A DNA stretch of 64,000 bases from Trichoplax adhaerens (Eukaryota; Animalia; Placozoa): NCBI RefSeq assembly GCF_000150275.1, contig NW_002060946.1:7173855-7237854 (forward strand), given 5' to 3'. A model generated the notes under the pieces. It worked only from the letters and a program-made list of their open reading frames with translations. It was not told the origin of the DNA and made no database searches. Below, piece by piece: positions 12,133 to 25,131 of this stretch (within the stretch, counting starts at the first letter, position 1; the number at the start of each line of letters is the position of its first letter). The translations under genes and the position numbers were made by a program.

Positions 12133-15100
12133 AACTTGTTAAAGATTTTTACAGAAATACTTTTTTAGTTACCAGGATTAATTGACTTTAGATATATGTT
12201 TATATGATATATAAATAAGCACAGTAATGATCATTCTATGTGAACCTTTTTCATTCGATCAGTACGGAGATAGCAATGTTGATATTAATTACTCTTTAGG
12301 AGTTGGTACGGTAATATTACTTTACAAATATTAAGAACAAAGAATACTAAATTTGGCAGCTTTATACAGTTGCTAGCATTCTCATCTGTGGTGGGACTCA
12401 AAATAGCATAACAAATGAAGAGTACTGTATCAGCAAAGGAGTACTTTATTGACACTTATACTAACGCCGATAGCTAAAATAACACGTTCCATATGTATAA
12501 ACTATAACATGACTTCAGATATTATACACATACAGTACAGCATATAGAATATCATATCAATATTCCAAAATTCATTCTACTTATTATAATATATATGGAA
12601 TAATCGTTCTAGAAAATTTTACGTTATATGAGCAAGAGCATTTGCCAGATGCAACAGTATAATGTAAACTATATATCTTCTGGAGAGCAGTGTCAGTTTA
12701 ATATTTCTGATAATTTTAATGGACAACATATAATTACTTTTACTTATTGAAACAATACGATATCAGTATCTGTTACCATGGCCGGCCGACATGATCTCTG
12801 TTTCCACGACTTAACATTGATTCACGTCAGTCAAAAGTAGTATCAGTCCGTGTCAAATACAAACATGCTTAGCAACCATCAAAGTGAATTGTTACGACAT
12901 AACGATTAATGAATGATTTAGCGATCTTTCCTGCCATGCACCACCGAGGAGGATGTAGGCATCAATGCAGTAGTTATTACCGGATCATGCATTACATTAA
13001 TATCATCTAGTGTGCAATATTAAATTTTATGCCTTGGTAATTGCACTGAGTAGGTATGAGTAAGTATAAAAGTCTATCTTATCGAGATAATTTGATGCCT
13101 AACATCTGTTCGCATGATTTCGGCTTCTACGATTAAATATTAACGTTCTTTGGTCTAAGAAAGAATATGAAATTCGTATTTATTACTGTAACAATTTCAG
13201 CTAATAGCAGTAGTTATGTGTTAGGAAAATACAGTACGGTGATAATACTGCACAGGGTTAAGAACCAATATACAGTACTACAATTATATACTTTATTACA
13301 TAACGATAGGAGATAGTTATGCTAAGATTTACAAGTATGAAGATGTAATTTAAATACTGTATTCCTACGGCATTACTAGCTTGATTAAGTAGCTCAATTG
13401 CACTGTCACATCAACCATGTTCTGAAACTTATAGCTAAAAAGTATTATTATCTAACGCGAATAATTCATAAGAATGTAAGACTACAAGATTACATTCGAC
13501 TGATCAACGTTATCACTATTCGATATGCTATATACTGTAGATCTTCTCGAGCCTTACGGAGCGAAGTTTAAATCATTGTTTAGACAACGCCCAGAAAATC
13601 TTTTACAGTAAAGTTATTCATTTCTATTGGATTTGGCTAAAATAATTGTAACACTGAAATCATATAGAACGCTTTTTTTTTTTTGCAGTACAGCAGTACT
13701 TGATGTGGATAAAAAAGGACAATTTAAGAGTATGCCACATATGTTAAGGGTAATGTAGTCATCAATATTGAGTGACAGAAAATTTACTGGCAAATGAATA
13801 AATTTTAGGCGCTTTGCTATGATAAGTAAAAAAATACAAAGTTTGTTATTACCGTAGTAATTTAATTAACCATTTCACTAAGAATCGACTACTTATTCAC
13901 TAAGACAATAAAATTAGTAATGCGCTTAAGGTAGCGCTACATGCTAATTCGTAATCCAATAATTGCCAAACTTACTGCAGTCCGATTATAATTGCATTAT
14001 ACGAAAATAAATAAATACAGCAGTTCTAAAGCCATATTACTGTAGATATTAGCTTATTATCTAAGTGTAGATGCTGAATTATGATAAACTGCAATGGCAA
14101 GTAACACGGCGTCTTGCCTGTTACTTACAATCATATTATTAGAAAAATCTTTAAGATTTAGATTGCATAGAATATATCGAGTTGAATTTGATGAAAATCC
14201 ATTATAGCACAGAGTGCCACACGTAGTAGAAGACTGAAGCTAGACTTTGCTCATACAGTATGAAAGAGTATTCGTATTGGAAATACTATTATAAACTGAT
14301 TCTAAGTTATGGTGAATAGAAACATTTATTCCGACTATACTTAGTTGGATACTTTTGTACAAGCAACGCGTGGTAAGAGGATCTTTGACCTCTTTTAATG
14401 TAGACATTTCAAGATATCGTGTTTTATCCTCATTATTTAATTATGCGTATTTTGAACGATGTTATGTTCTATGGCATAGCATTAACACAGCATTTAGCAA
14501 TGAACATATTGACAAATATTTATTACATTAATTTCTATTTTACTAAGTTTGTATTGTGGTAAGTGTCCGGAAAGCAGCAAACTTATCGTTTTGTATGTTA
14601 GCTGGTATGAATAAATGAAAGCCAAAAAATTTTGAAGGTGCACATTGTTATAAACTTGCATTACAATTAATTACCTTAACTTGATCGTTGTAGGTCTTTT
14701 TGATTTCCTTTCGTAGTGGCCAGTTTTTGTAATTATACCTATTGCATTCTACTTATTTCTCAGATGTTGCATCGAAGAATGTTTCATGATCATCGATTAC
14801 TGATCGACTGCTGTTTCTAATTTTAGATACAATAATCATAATAAGATAATTCGTCCCTATAACCAAGTCTTGTATGTGTAGCAATAGACTAACATAACAT
14901 AGCATATCGCACTGCATATGAAGTACCGTACTGCCCGTATTTCTAGGATACCTATATCTCGAAATATACAGAGGAAATCACACGTTGAGCTTAAAATATA
15001 GAATAAGAATATTTAACAATAATATTCCATGAGATTATGCTCATCCAATCCTTGTCTCCCTATTTATATTATAGAATTTGAGTTTTATCAAACGGAAACA

Positions 15101-17699
15101 TGCATATGCAGTGAATGCGATATATTGTACGTTGCTCGAAATTGACCTTAATAAATATAGAGTGACAATTTTGTGGCGCCTAGCAATTGAATTAGGATCT
15201 GAAATGTAATTAATTAATTATAAGTTTTGACTTTAAATGATTGCAGCAATTACGCGTTAATACTTATATAGCTCTAATCCGATAATTCTAGATCGATATT
15301 ATGACTATAATTAAAGTAATATAAAAGGCAAGTGCAGTACAATAGTATTCAGATATAATGGAATAGATAATATCTGTATACCATGAACCATAGTGTTCAC
15401 TTTGGAAATAAATAGAATATAAATATCCAGTGGCAGGGTTACTTGTATTCGCATTTATAGGATGGAATAAATATGTAATTGACGATATCATCAACTTGAA
15501 ATCATAGACTGCAGATTGCTTTTATTCATTCATCATTGAAAGCATGTTTGACTGCTTACTATGCTCCCATATGATATTATTGTTAAGCTAGATATGCAAC
15601 CTATTCGTACCTGACTCGATTAGAATGTAATGGTATATTTTGCATTTATCCTTTGAGTGGTACCCCCCCCCCCCCAACACATGTGCTCTAACATGAACAC
15701 TAAATGATCTTGTTAGGTAGTTTCATATCTGCATGATTTAATCTATAGATCTGATCTGGATTTGAAGTAATTATAATCATAATGCAATAAAATTGAGTAA
15801 TGATATTCTGTCATAGTACATACGGTAGAAACGGAATTTAGTAGATTAGTTTGTAGTATTACTGTAGCACGCGCTGTATTAAAATAATCTAACTACATAT
15901 TCATCCGTACGTGCTTTCTGATTTACTGAGAATATAATCTTTAGTTAGCATGTACAATGTGCAGAGTCACTTGTTCACATCATGTGTGGATAGAATCAGT
16001 TTAGTTCGAAGCAAATCAGAATATGCTGCCTAAAGTCTACGGAAATTGTGAAAGTTTTTGCTTACTTTTCGATACGTATTATACTCGTATATGCTATTAT
16101 TTAAAGTCTATTTTACTTTAAACTACTACAAGATATTTTTTACGAATTCTTTTACGAAAATAGAATCCAAGATTTGCATACGCAGTTTACTGTCCACTGT
16201 ACAGCAGAGATAGCAGAGAGCTACAAAACGACAAGATTGACAGCTTGATCCAGCTCGAATCCAAATCGTGATGGGGCTGAGCTTCGGGACCCGATCAAGT
16301 ACTCCGTTGTACACTGTATATTGCATGGGAGTCAAGTGTCACTCCGAACTCCGACTGGTGTTTTATGAGGAAGTATGATGTTACGTTGTTACTTCTTTTA
16401 CCACAGTTGATATTTTAGTGGTATTTATTTATTTTTTTGAATCCTTTTTATCAACGTGAGACATAGAGGCATACTTCTACTGCTGCAGTCAGCTAAAGTC
16501 AATAAGCTAAATAAATTAAGTAATGGAATCTATTGGCGTAAAGGACAGTCCTGTACCTACTGTTTAGTGTAGTCTGTAACATAAGTATTAGACGGTACCG
16601 TACTGTATGTATGGCTGTGACTAGTGTTGCGAATATTGAAAGGACTGGTCAATCTGGAGGTGTAGCAGACTAGTAGTATGCAACATCAGCTAAATTAACT
16701 GTAAATTAAATTAAATTAACCGTCAATAAATTGAATTAAGGTCTAACTAATATGTTTAGAGTAGGTGCAGACATCACTTATTCATCACATCAGTCACTAC
16801 AGTAGTACATCAAGTAATTCAGAGATGTGCAACGACTAAATTGAGTCGTCTCATTTGGCCACCATCATCATTTCCCGATACAACATTAATAATAATAGCT
16901 GTAATGAAATTAAAGTACTGCATATAGGACGCCCTGCCCAATGCTAGAATATATACAATAGCTATTCTATGAACTAGACGCTGCCGTAGCGGCTACAGTA
17001 ATGATTTACATTTTACTATTTTTCATTTCTACTGCGTCAAGCCATCAATATATACGCATACGGAGAGGACATTATAATAAAAATAAATAAATCAATAATA
17101 ATAATAAAAAGTCAAAAGTTTAATAGAGTATTGGCCAAGAGCTCGCACAATTTAGACTTGAGCTCTGTGTAAAAATATCACAACATTTTCCTTCCATTTT
17201 GCTTGAGATCTAAAAACTGCATATGAAGTCAGTGTCAGTAGAGAAATCTGCTGAAACAGAGTAGATTAATGTGAGTTCAAGTGCTGATGCAATAAGAAGG
17301 TGAAGATTTAAAGCACAGCTATGGTAGTTTTTTTTACACCGTGCTAGCATGCAAACAGAGTCCTGTCCAGTTTTGGCAGTCATTTAGTGGCTGATATCGA
17401 GCATGTACGCGTGATTAATCCATCTTATATAAGGCTATACGTTTATGTTGTACGTAAGTATTCAGAAAGCAAATTATAATTATCAATGAATCACGCAACT
17501 TTGCCATACAATTAGGTAAAAGGAAAAGCTTATTATAAAGCTTTTCCTGACTTTGAATTGCCCCGTCGCCGTGGGCTTTGACGGTCGGGCTTGGCATGCA
17601 CGGTTACGTCGTACGGATCTCGTACCCATGGCTTGGTCAGGGACAAGAGAGAGTAGTCAGTCAGTCGTTGGAAGTCCTGGCTCTGTGCCAATACCTTCG

Positions 17700-19340
17700 T
17701 TACTGCTTTAGTACTGTACGGTACTGTACCGTACCGTACAGTGCAGTACTGTACTGTAGATTACAGTATTAGCAGTATACTGTACAGTACAGTGATCCGC
17801 ACAGGTCTGGTCGTGTTCTTCACTCGCTGTTCAGGTGGATAATAAACGAATGTATTGGAAAAAATAAAAAAATTATTACGAATTCACCTAGAACAGAACG
17901 CTTCTTTTTACTTACAATCGGATCTACTTATTTGATATTGTTATAAGTAAGTAATCATTATTTCGTGATACAATATTCCGTAGTACTCAGTGGATAGATC
18001 CAGTCGATACAGTTACAGTAACGCAACACCGTTTTATTTAATTAATTATTAATCATTGAAAATGTAAAAAAAATTTACGATTATGCTTCTTACGTCATTG
18101 TCACTGTACAATGTAGATGGCTGCATTCTGTAAATAAACCCCATGATTTTGGCCATGAAACACGATCTCTACAGTTTTCGAATAAAAATTACAGTGTCAA
18201 CTGTATGGTACTGTACACTGTACACTGAACAGATCATAAAGGGAACCTTTCTCAGGTCTAAGTAAAGTACAGTACGTAAGTGCTCCATACAATCCTATTG
18301 TTGATTTTCAGTACAGTATTATACAGTACAGTACAATAAAACAAACAAATAATAAAAAAAAAAAAAAAAAAGAAAGACCTACAGACTGTAATCGTATACT
18401 GTACAGTAGCAAGCATACTGTACAGTACAGTACTGTACAGAAATCAGATGCCACCCTCTTCGAAGTTGGTACTGTACACTGTACAGTAGGCAGTTGAAGG
18501 GGGGGGGGGGCCACTTTACAGTACTGTACTGTACTGTACTGTACTGAGTGTACTACCGATTGCACGTTTCGCGATGTTTCTTACTAATTAATTAATTAAT
18601 TAATGGGAATTAATTGCAAAAATAAATAAATGAATCTTCGATACTGTACAGTATTGTACTGTACAGTACTGTAGCCAATGTTAGAGCACGGTACGGTACT
18701 GTACGGTACGGTGTACCGTAGATCGATGAGATTGTCTTTCAAAGTAAAGATAATAATTACAGTACTATTGTTTTCCTCTTTTTCTGCCTGTGTTTTTATT
18801 TGTATTATATTCATTACGCTCTCGTGCTGCGTCAATTTCTCGCGTTGACATTGGTGAATGAGCGTACTGATTGGACCGATATTATTTGGGAAAATTTTTG
18901 ATTCTTCTTATTGATCTACGTAGTACACATTTAACTTCACAGTTACGGGTTTACTCTGTGTTGCAGCTACGCTAGCATACATATTTACTCTAGCGTATTC
19001 AATGGTACTATGTATACAGTTACTCTACTATTGTCTGCCATGTTCCGTACGATGACGAACTTGCGACTACACAGTACTGTACACATCATGATACTGTACA
19101 GTACATTATATACGGTGTACAGTATGATATACTATATATACAGTACTGTATATAAAATAGATATACTGTACAGTATTATATACAGTATATTTGGATAATA
19201 ATAACTATACTATACAGTGCAGTAGATAACAATATACAGTACAGGTGCTGTCTTGTTTGGCATTACCGTAAAAAACATACAGTAGTAAAAATTTTTTTTT
19301 TTTTTCAGCTTGCCAAAATACATACAGTGCTGTACTGTAC
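17700..19340. repeat. Three GTACN pentamer clusters (about 17700-17795, 18305-18720, 19065-19340)
   Basis: Includes gtacg/gtacc variants (cggtacggtactgtacggtacgg). Interleaved with a poly-A tract, a G-run and (TAAT)n. Confidence 0.85.
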
Positions 19341-22300
19341 ACATTGCATAAACTTGTATAGTTTACTCGAAACCTGCCATTGTTGTTAGTGGAGTCGATG
19401 AGCTGTAGAAATCTACAACTGGAGTCGGTAGGATCGCGAAAAGTTTTAAATTTTTAGTTTGGCGTCATTTCTGCTCGTATACCAGATTTATAAATCAGCC
19501 ATTGCTGCACTACAGTAATTATAATACTTGGCCTTTAGTACTGCATAACCCGTCGTAGCGTACCATATCCAAGGAATCGAGACGTTTAGCTATTACACGA
19601 TCTCTACACCAATTTTTTTTTCATCAAACTTCCATTTTGGTACAACCTCATTGCTTTAAAAACTTGCTGACGTTTTTCTCCCCTAGGAAACTGACATCTT
19701 TGTGATAAATTAGTATCCAACTTGTGCAATTATCATCTGCAGTGCGCGATAGTTCCTAATCTATACGCCACAGAAAAACTCGGAACATCAACAATCTCAT
19801 GCCTTCAACCGCTTACTGCACTGCAATAGTCTAATTCGAATATCGCTATAAATACAGTACTGTAGACAGTATACCGTAACCTAGACTTTACAACGTTCCA
19901 TCGTAGTGTAAAAGGGTGTATGCTGTATACATAAGGCGACATTGACTGCTGAATCCTATTAATTAAGCAGTGACCTACTGGGCCATTCCGTGTTGGTGGT
20001 ATATTATACTTACCGATTGACTGCTCTGCTTATGGTACTGTAACAACCTCATCTCTCTTTCTTCAAGCCTTTTATGGTGTACCTCAACTCTGAAAACTGG
20101 ACTTTCGGCTACAGCTGAAATAGCAAGAACTATCAATCAATCTGTATCAAAGATACGCTTGCATAGATTCAAGTTCTTGTGAGTCTTTCCTTATAAAGTA
20201 ACTTCATTTAATTTAATTTATACTGTACTGTTGCTATCTTGACTGGCATCGTTGAACACCGCTGCAGCAGCTTCCATCGTTGCTTCTCGCTTTACTGTAC
20301 TGTCTGTATAAAGCTACGAGCATTACTTGTAGCGGCTACATCTGTACACAGGTATTTTTGTGCCGTCGATTTTAAAAGTATGCAATCTTTGTTGCTCTAA
20401 TGTCACATATACTGTATCTCGTGAAGTTGCTATTTGTATACAGTATTACTGTATACTGCAGCATTGACCATCAATTTGTGCAGGGTTCTCGTACACATAC
20501 GTTACTTGGCGAGTTTTCAACAGTTCTATATTTTTAACTTGTAGAATTTGGTGTAAAGAATTCTGCAAGACGCTAGCCATAAGTTTATATACTCGTATTC
20601 ACTACTACAAAATGTTTTATTTTCATTATTCCCTAAATCTACCTCCATTTTAATTTTGCGGTAACTGCTGCAGTTCGCTATAGTATATTTAACGTCAAAT
20701 AGTAAACGTCTATAAAAGAAGATATGTTTAGTCTAGGACTACATGGTTTAATTATGAGAGCAATATAGTAATCTGAAGTTGTCATTTTTCATCTCAGTTA
20801 CTTCTTTCCAACTGAGGATGTTCGGTGTACGGTACGAGATCGGAATAATTATTATTTAATGATTGCAATTCTTGAACGTTTATGTATTTACCGCACGTAT
20901 TCAATCGTACTTATAAATTTCCTGGCATGCTGGAAGTCTGAGCATATATTAACTGGACCCTATATAAGTTACCAATTGACTGTCAACTCACTATAGAGTT
21001 ATGACTGGATAGTACTAAATTTATGCAAACGAGTTCGCTATGTGCAACTTTACATTCGCTGTAAGCTGACGTGCGTAGAATATTATTTTAAAAATACACG
21101 TATTTGCTTTTCTTTTTTTGTAATTCTAGTAGTCTTTAATTCATGCTAGCACATGTATCTTGCATCGCAGGATCGTTTCCTTTTGATGCAGTTTTTCATC
21201 GTTTCTTTTACTTTAACGTTAACGCAGCAGATAGCAGTTGAAAGTCCCAATTTTGCTTAGTCAGGTATTGCTACTCCGATCCATGTAGAGGGTAGGCTGG
21301 AATCAGGGACTACTAAAGGAAACAGTCCAGTATATTAGCTACCGTACTAGGCATTGACGCTCCAGCTAATATACTGTACACTGAACAGTATAAATACGCG
21401 TACGTGTACAACGATACATGGATAGGTTACAATTTATTGAAGCTTTCTTCGCGTTGTACTACTTCTACTATGTACTGTTGTATGTATCATGAAAATTATC
21501 ACCATATTTTCTCGATCCTCCATGCTTAAATGCTTCACAAAAAGTAAAGTTAATACAAACGGTTGTATTTCCCGTACCGTAACAATTTTTTTTTGTTGTC
21601 AAAATTAAATTTTTTAGAGGATCTATACTACTCATTACTCATTCTATTATAAGATATAAACTACAAATTTTTTGCCATACTGTACGTACAGTACTGTACT
21701 GCAAATGCAAATTGCCTGCAATATACAGTACACAGTACTGTACTGCACAGTACATATTGTACAGCGCATGAACTTTCTGTACTGTACACTGTACAGCACT
21801 GTTCAGTTATCCCGGACCGAGCTCGGTAGCTGGTCTGCTCTAGCTAGCCGAGATGTACTGTACTGTACATACTGTACTGTACTGTACAGTGCAGTTTTTT
21901 TTCATATTCATTTGAAATGAACATCGATAAGGCCCATGCAGATTAACAGCTAAAAAAAACAGAAAAAAACTTTTGCAGTGCCAGTATACCGTCTATTTTC
22001 TTACAAGAAACATTTGCTCAATGCTCAACTGTCCGGATCAATTGCATTACACGGACCCAGCCCGTATTAGAACGTAGCGTACTGCTGTCGTCTGGGATAT
22101 TTTAGTAGGTGTGGATCAAAGGAGAAAAAAGTCCAAACGAGCGTTTATTGTTTTTTTCTACACGTCCAAATACGGTCATCATGACAGAGAATGTAGAGCC
22201 GGGGAGCTTACGAGTAGTCTTCAAATTTCAATATGGCATGCCATAGTTTCTGAAGTCTGCGCGATTCCAGAGAAAGCAATGGATTTGGGATCATCTTAAC

Positions 22301-22854
22301 ATGAATAGTAATACAGTATAATCCATTTATATCAGCGAATGCTCTACACCGCAGTGTTCTCTACTGTACTGTATATACTCTACTCCATACTCGTATTATA
22401 CACATTTGGCTGATTCAGAGTTGCAATTTGCGCAACTCTAAAGACTTTGACGAATATAATAATATGGCTTGACGTGCGGTATTGATAGTTTATGGTTTAG
22501 GGTTAAGGTTACACTACGCTGTACAGTACCGTAGGCTCCAGGTGTTTTCATAGTAAACTATCCAATATTGCGGTGTTCTACAGTACTGTACTGTACTGAC
22601 AGTATACTGTACACTGTACACTGTACAGTAGTATGATATGACGTTACCTCAGTACTAATTGTAGACTCCTACAGTACAGTACAATAGCCATAGCTATTCT
22701 GTCAGCAGCAAGACGGGTTGTGCACAGTAAGAAAACAGAATTATTTGACTTGGGCTATTCATTTTTTGTATCTTTAACTTAAACGGTTACAATTGGCCAA
22801 TTACAGTATTAATGATAGTATGATAATGCTGAATGATAATATAATAATCGCCAC

Positions 22855-22855
<1 letters not shown>

Positions 22856-22898
<43 letters not shown>

Positions 22899-22904
22899 AT
22901 TATT
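22856..22904. repeat. (ATT)n microsatellite
   Basis: Run of ATT triplets with one interruption. Confidence 0.95.
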
Positions 22905-23601
22905 GCTTCTAGTGTAGTAGAGTACAGTACTGTACAGTGTACAGTACAGCAGTACTGTAGAAATCGTAATGGCAGTACAGTACCAGTACTGTAGTTCGTT
23001 GTGTGACTATACTGTACTGTACAGTACAGTAGTGTACTGTACTGTACGGTACAGTACTGTATACTGTACAGTTCAGGTATGATTACGGTTAAAATATTAT
23101 TATTTATTTACTATGACTACAGTACAGTACTGTAGGTTTTGTTACCTTTGATAAATCCATATGTTGTGTACTTCCTTCTGTACCTCTGTACAGTATCAAT
23201 AAGTTCGTTGTGAGTAATACTAAACCGAACCTCTGACACCCCCCTACAGTAAGTACTGTATACATAAGGCTTGTTTTCAGTTTTTCACTTCTCGTGTTAT
23301 TTTATCTCCCATTTTTGTCTTGAAAAAATTCTGTACTACCTCTGTTGTGTAGCACCATGCACTACTACATACTGTACTGCTAACTGTACAGATACTGTAC
23401 AGTACTGTACTTACAAAATTCGACTGGTCTATTGTAAAGAAGATTCTGTACCGTACTGTACCGTACAGTACTGTACTGTATAGTACAGAAGTATAGTACT
23501 GTATTCAATAAGTGCAGTACTATACTGTACGTACAGTACTGTACTCTATTGTACTGTACTGTACTGTAAATAAATAAATAAATACCTGTTATCCTATTAA
23601 T

Positions 23602-23651
23602 NNNNNNNNNNNNNNNNNNNNNNNNNNNNNNNNNNNNNNNNNNNNNNNNNN
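23602..23651. other. Assembly gap (50 N)
   Basis: Run of Ns flanked by pentamer repeats. True length is unknown. Confidence 0.99.
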
Positions 23652-25098
23652 CTACTGTACAGTACTGAATTAACAGCTAGGATCAACTAGTTAATACCTA
23701 TTAATCTAGAAGAGGCACATTTTGAAGTTGAGATAATATTGAGTAACTACGAGTGTGACTGTTTGTTTCCAATACCATCATGAATCGCTTCACGCTGAGA
23801 GTAAAATGGTTTTACACTTGTACTTGTGATGTTTGGCTTCCTTTGCTATTCCCTACTGTACTGTATACTCGGTGTATATCAGTGCACTGTACACTGCAGA
23901 GTATTAAAGAAGGAAAATTATACGTACAGTACAATGTGATCCGTTTTCTTCGTTTTCTTGAATAGTAACAACTAAAATAAATAAAAAAAAAAGGCATCAA
24001 AAATGCCAATCCTTATGGGCTTTACCTATATTGTACTGTACATACAGTACTGTATTGCACACTGTACTGTACACTAGGTCGCTTATTGTACTGTACAGTA
24101 TGCGGTATCTCGTACCAGTCATACAGTACAATATGTGCAGTTGTACGCTTCGTGTCATGACATTTGGCCAATGCAGTACTGTACCGTACAGTACTGTATT
24201 GGGACACTGTGCAGTAATTATTATTAAATAATATAATTAATTAATTAATCAATGTGAACACGGACGTGCAGACTTCAGACATGTAGCTGTATACTACTGC
24301 CGACTCGTACGAAACATCACATTAATTCTTTGCCGTAGAAATAGAGTACAGTACATGTACTCATGTTAGTGACATGAACATTTGGTTGTTAATCCATCTA
24401 AAATCACCTGAACCTTTCAACATTTCGTTAGCCGGGCAACGGAGTTTTTGCCGTTTCTAATAAGTAACGTAAGTCGACGCTTCTTATTGCCCTTAAATAA
24501 ATGGTTCAAGTTATTCCAACCTTATGACCAAGTAAGAAAAATCGTATGATTGGTACAGTAGATCTGTAGATCCGCAAGCGGACTTATAGTACTGTACAGT
24601 ACTGTACTTAAATGTCATACGATATTGTTTTTTTTTCCCTAGTAAATGGAGTGAATTTACTGTACTGTGTATAGGAATATCCTTTGACTATTTTAATGAA
24701 GAAGGATAAAGCTCATAACTATATATACTGCTATGTAGATATCACTATTAGAGTATGATCCGAGTAGAGTAAAAATAAAAGAGAAATCGTACAGCTCACA
24801 GTTGTAGCTGAAGTAATTTTTTTTTTTTTTTCATCGTTACGTTTGGGTAATGATAAAAAAAAAAGTTGTATAAATAACAATGTACTACAGTACATACTGT
24901 ACAGTACAATACATACAGTACTACAGTGCACAGTACTGTAGTAGGTGCTTGTATTATGCTTCAATCATGGGTGCAGTGTAATGCTTGTAACCTGTAAAGT
25001 GGAGACTGGCTGATTACAGTACTGTACGTACAGTATACTCTACAGTTGCGCACGGTAACAAAAAAGAAAGAAAATGTCATTAAACTATTACAGTAAAC

Positions 25099-25131
25099 TT
25101 CATTGCTTTTGACTCAGTCAAAAGCAATGAA
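25099..25131. repeat. Perfect 16-bp inverted repeat with a 1-nt spacer
   Basis: TTCATTGCTTTTGACT-C-AGTCAAAAGCAATGAA. Contains TGACTCA at 25110-25116. Confidence 0.9.

Larger units (their letters stand above)
21675..25045. repeat. Large field of GTACN pentamer clusters upstream of the CIC-like gene
   Basis: Clusters at about 21675-21895, 22580-22685, 22915-23135, 23360-23570, 24025-24210 and 24880-25045. Confidence 0.85.

Noticed and set aside
14671-14693. Plus-strand TACCTTAAC...TAG resembling a U12 branch site and acceptor
   Set aside because: No matching U12 donor or plus-strand gene nearby. The motif is equally the reverse complement of a GTTAAG|GTAA donor.
16240-16380. GC-richer island as a possible ncRNA gene
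   Set aside because: No tRNA A/B boxes or snRNA, SRP or snoRNA signatures that I could recognise. It would need an Infernal/Rfam search.
21675-25045. Pentamer clusters separated by unique DNA as a CRISPR-like array or telomeric repeat
   Set aside because: No constant-length repeats or spacers, no cas genes, eukaryotic intron-containing context, and the unit is not TTAGGG-like.
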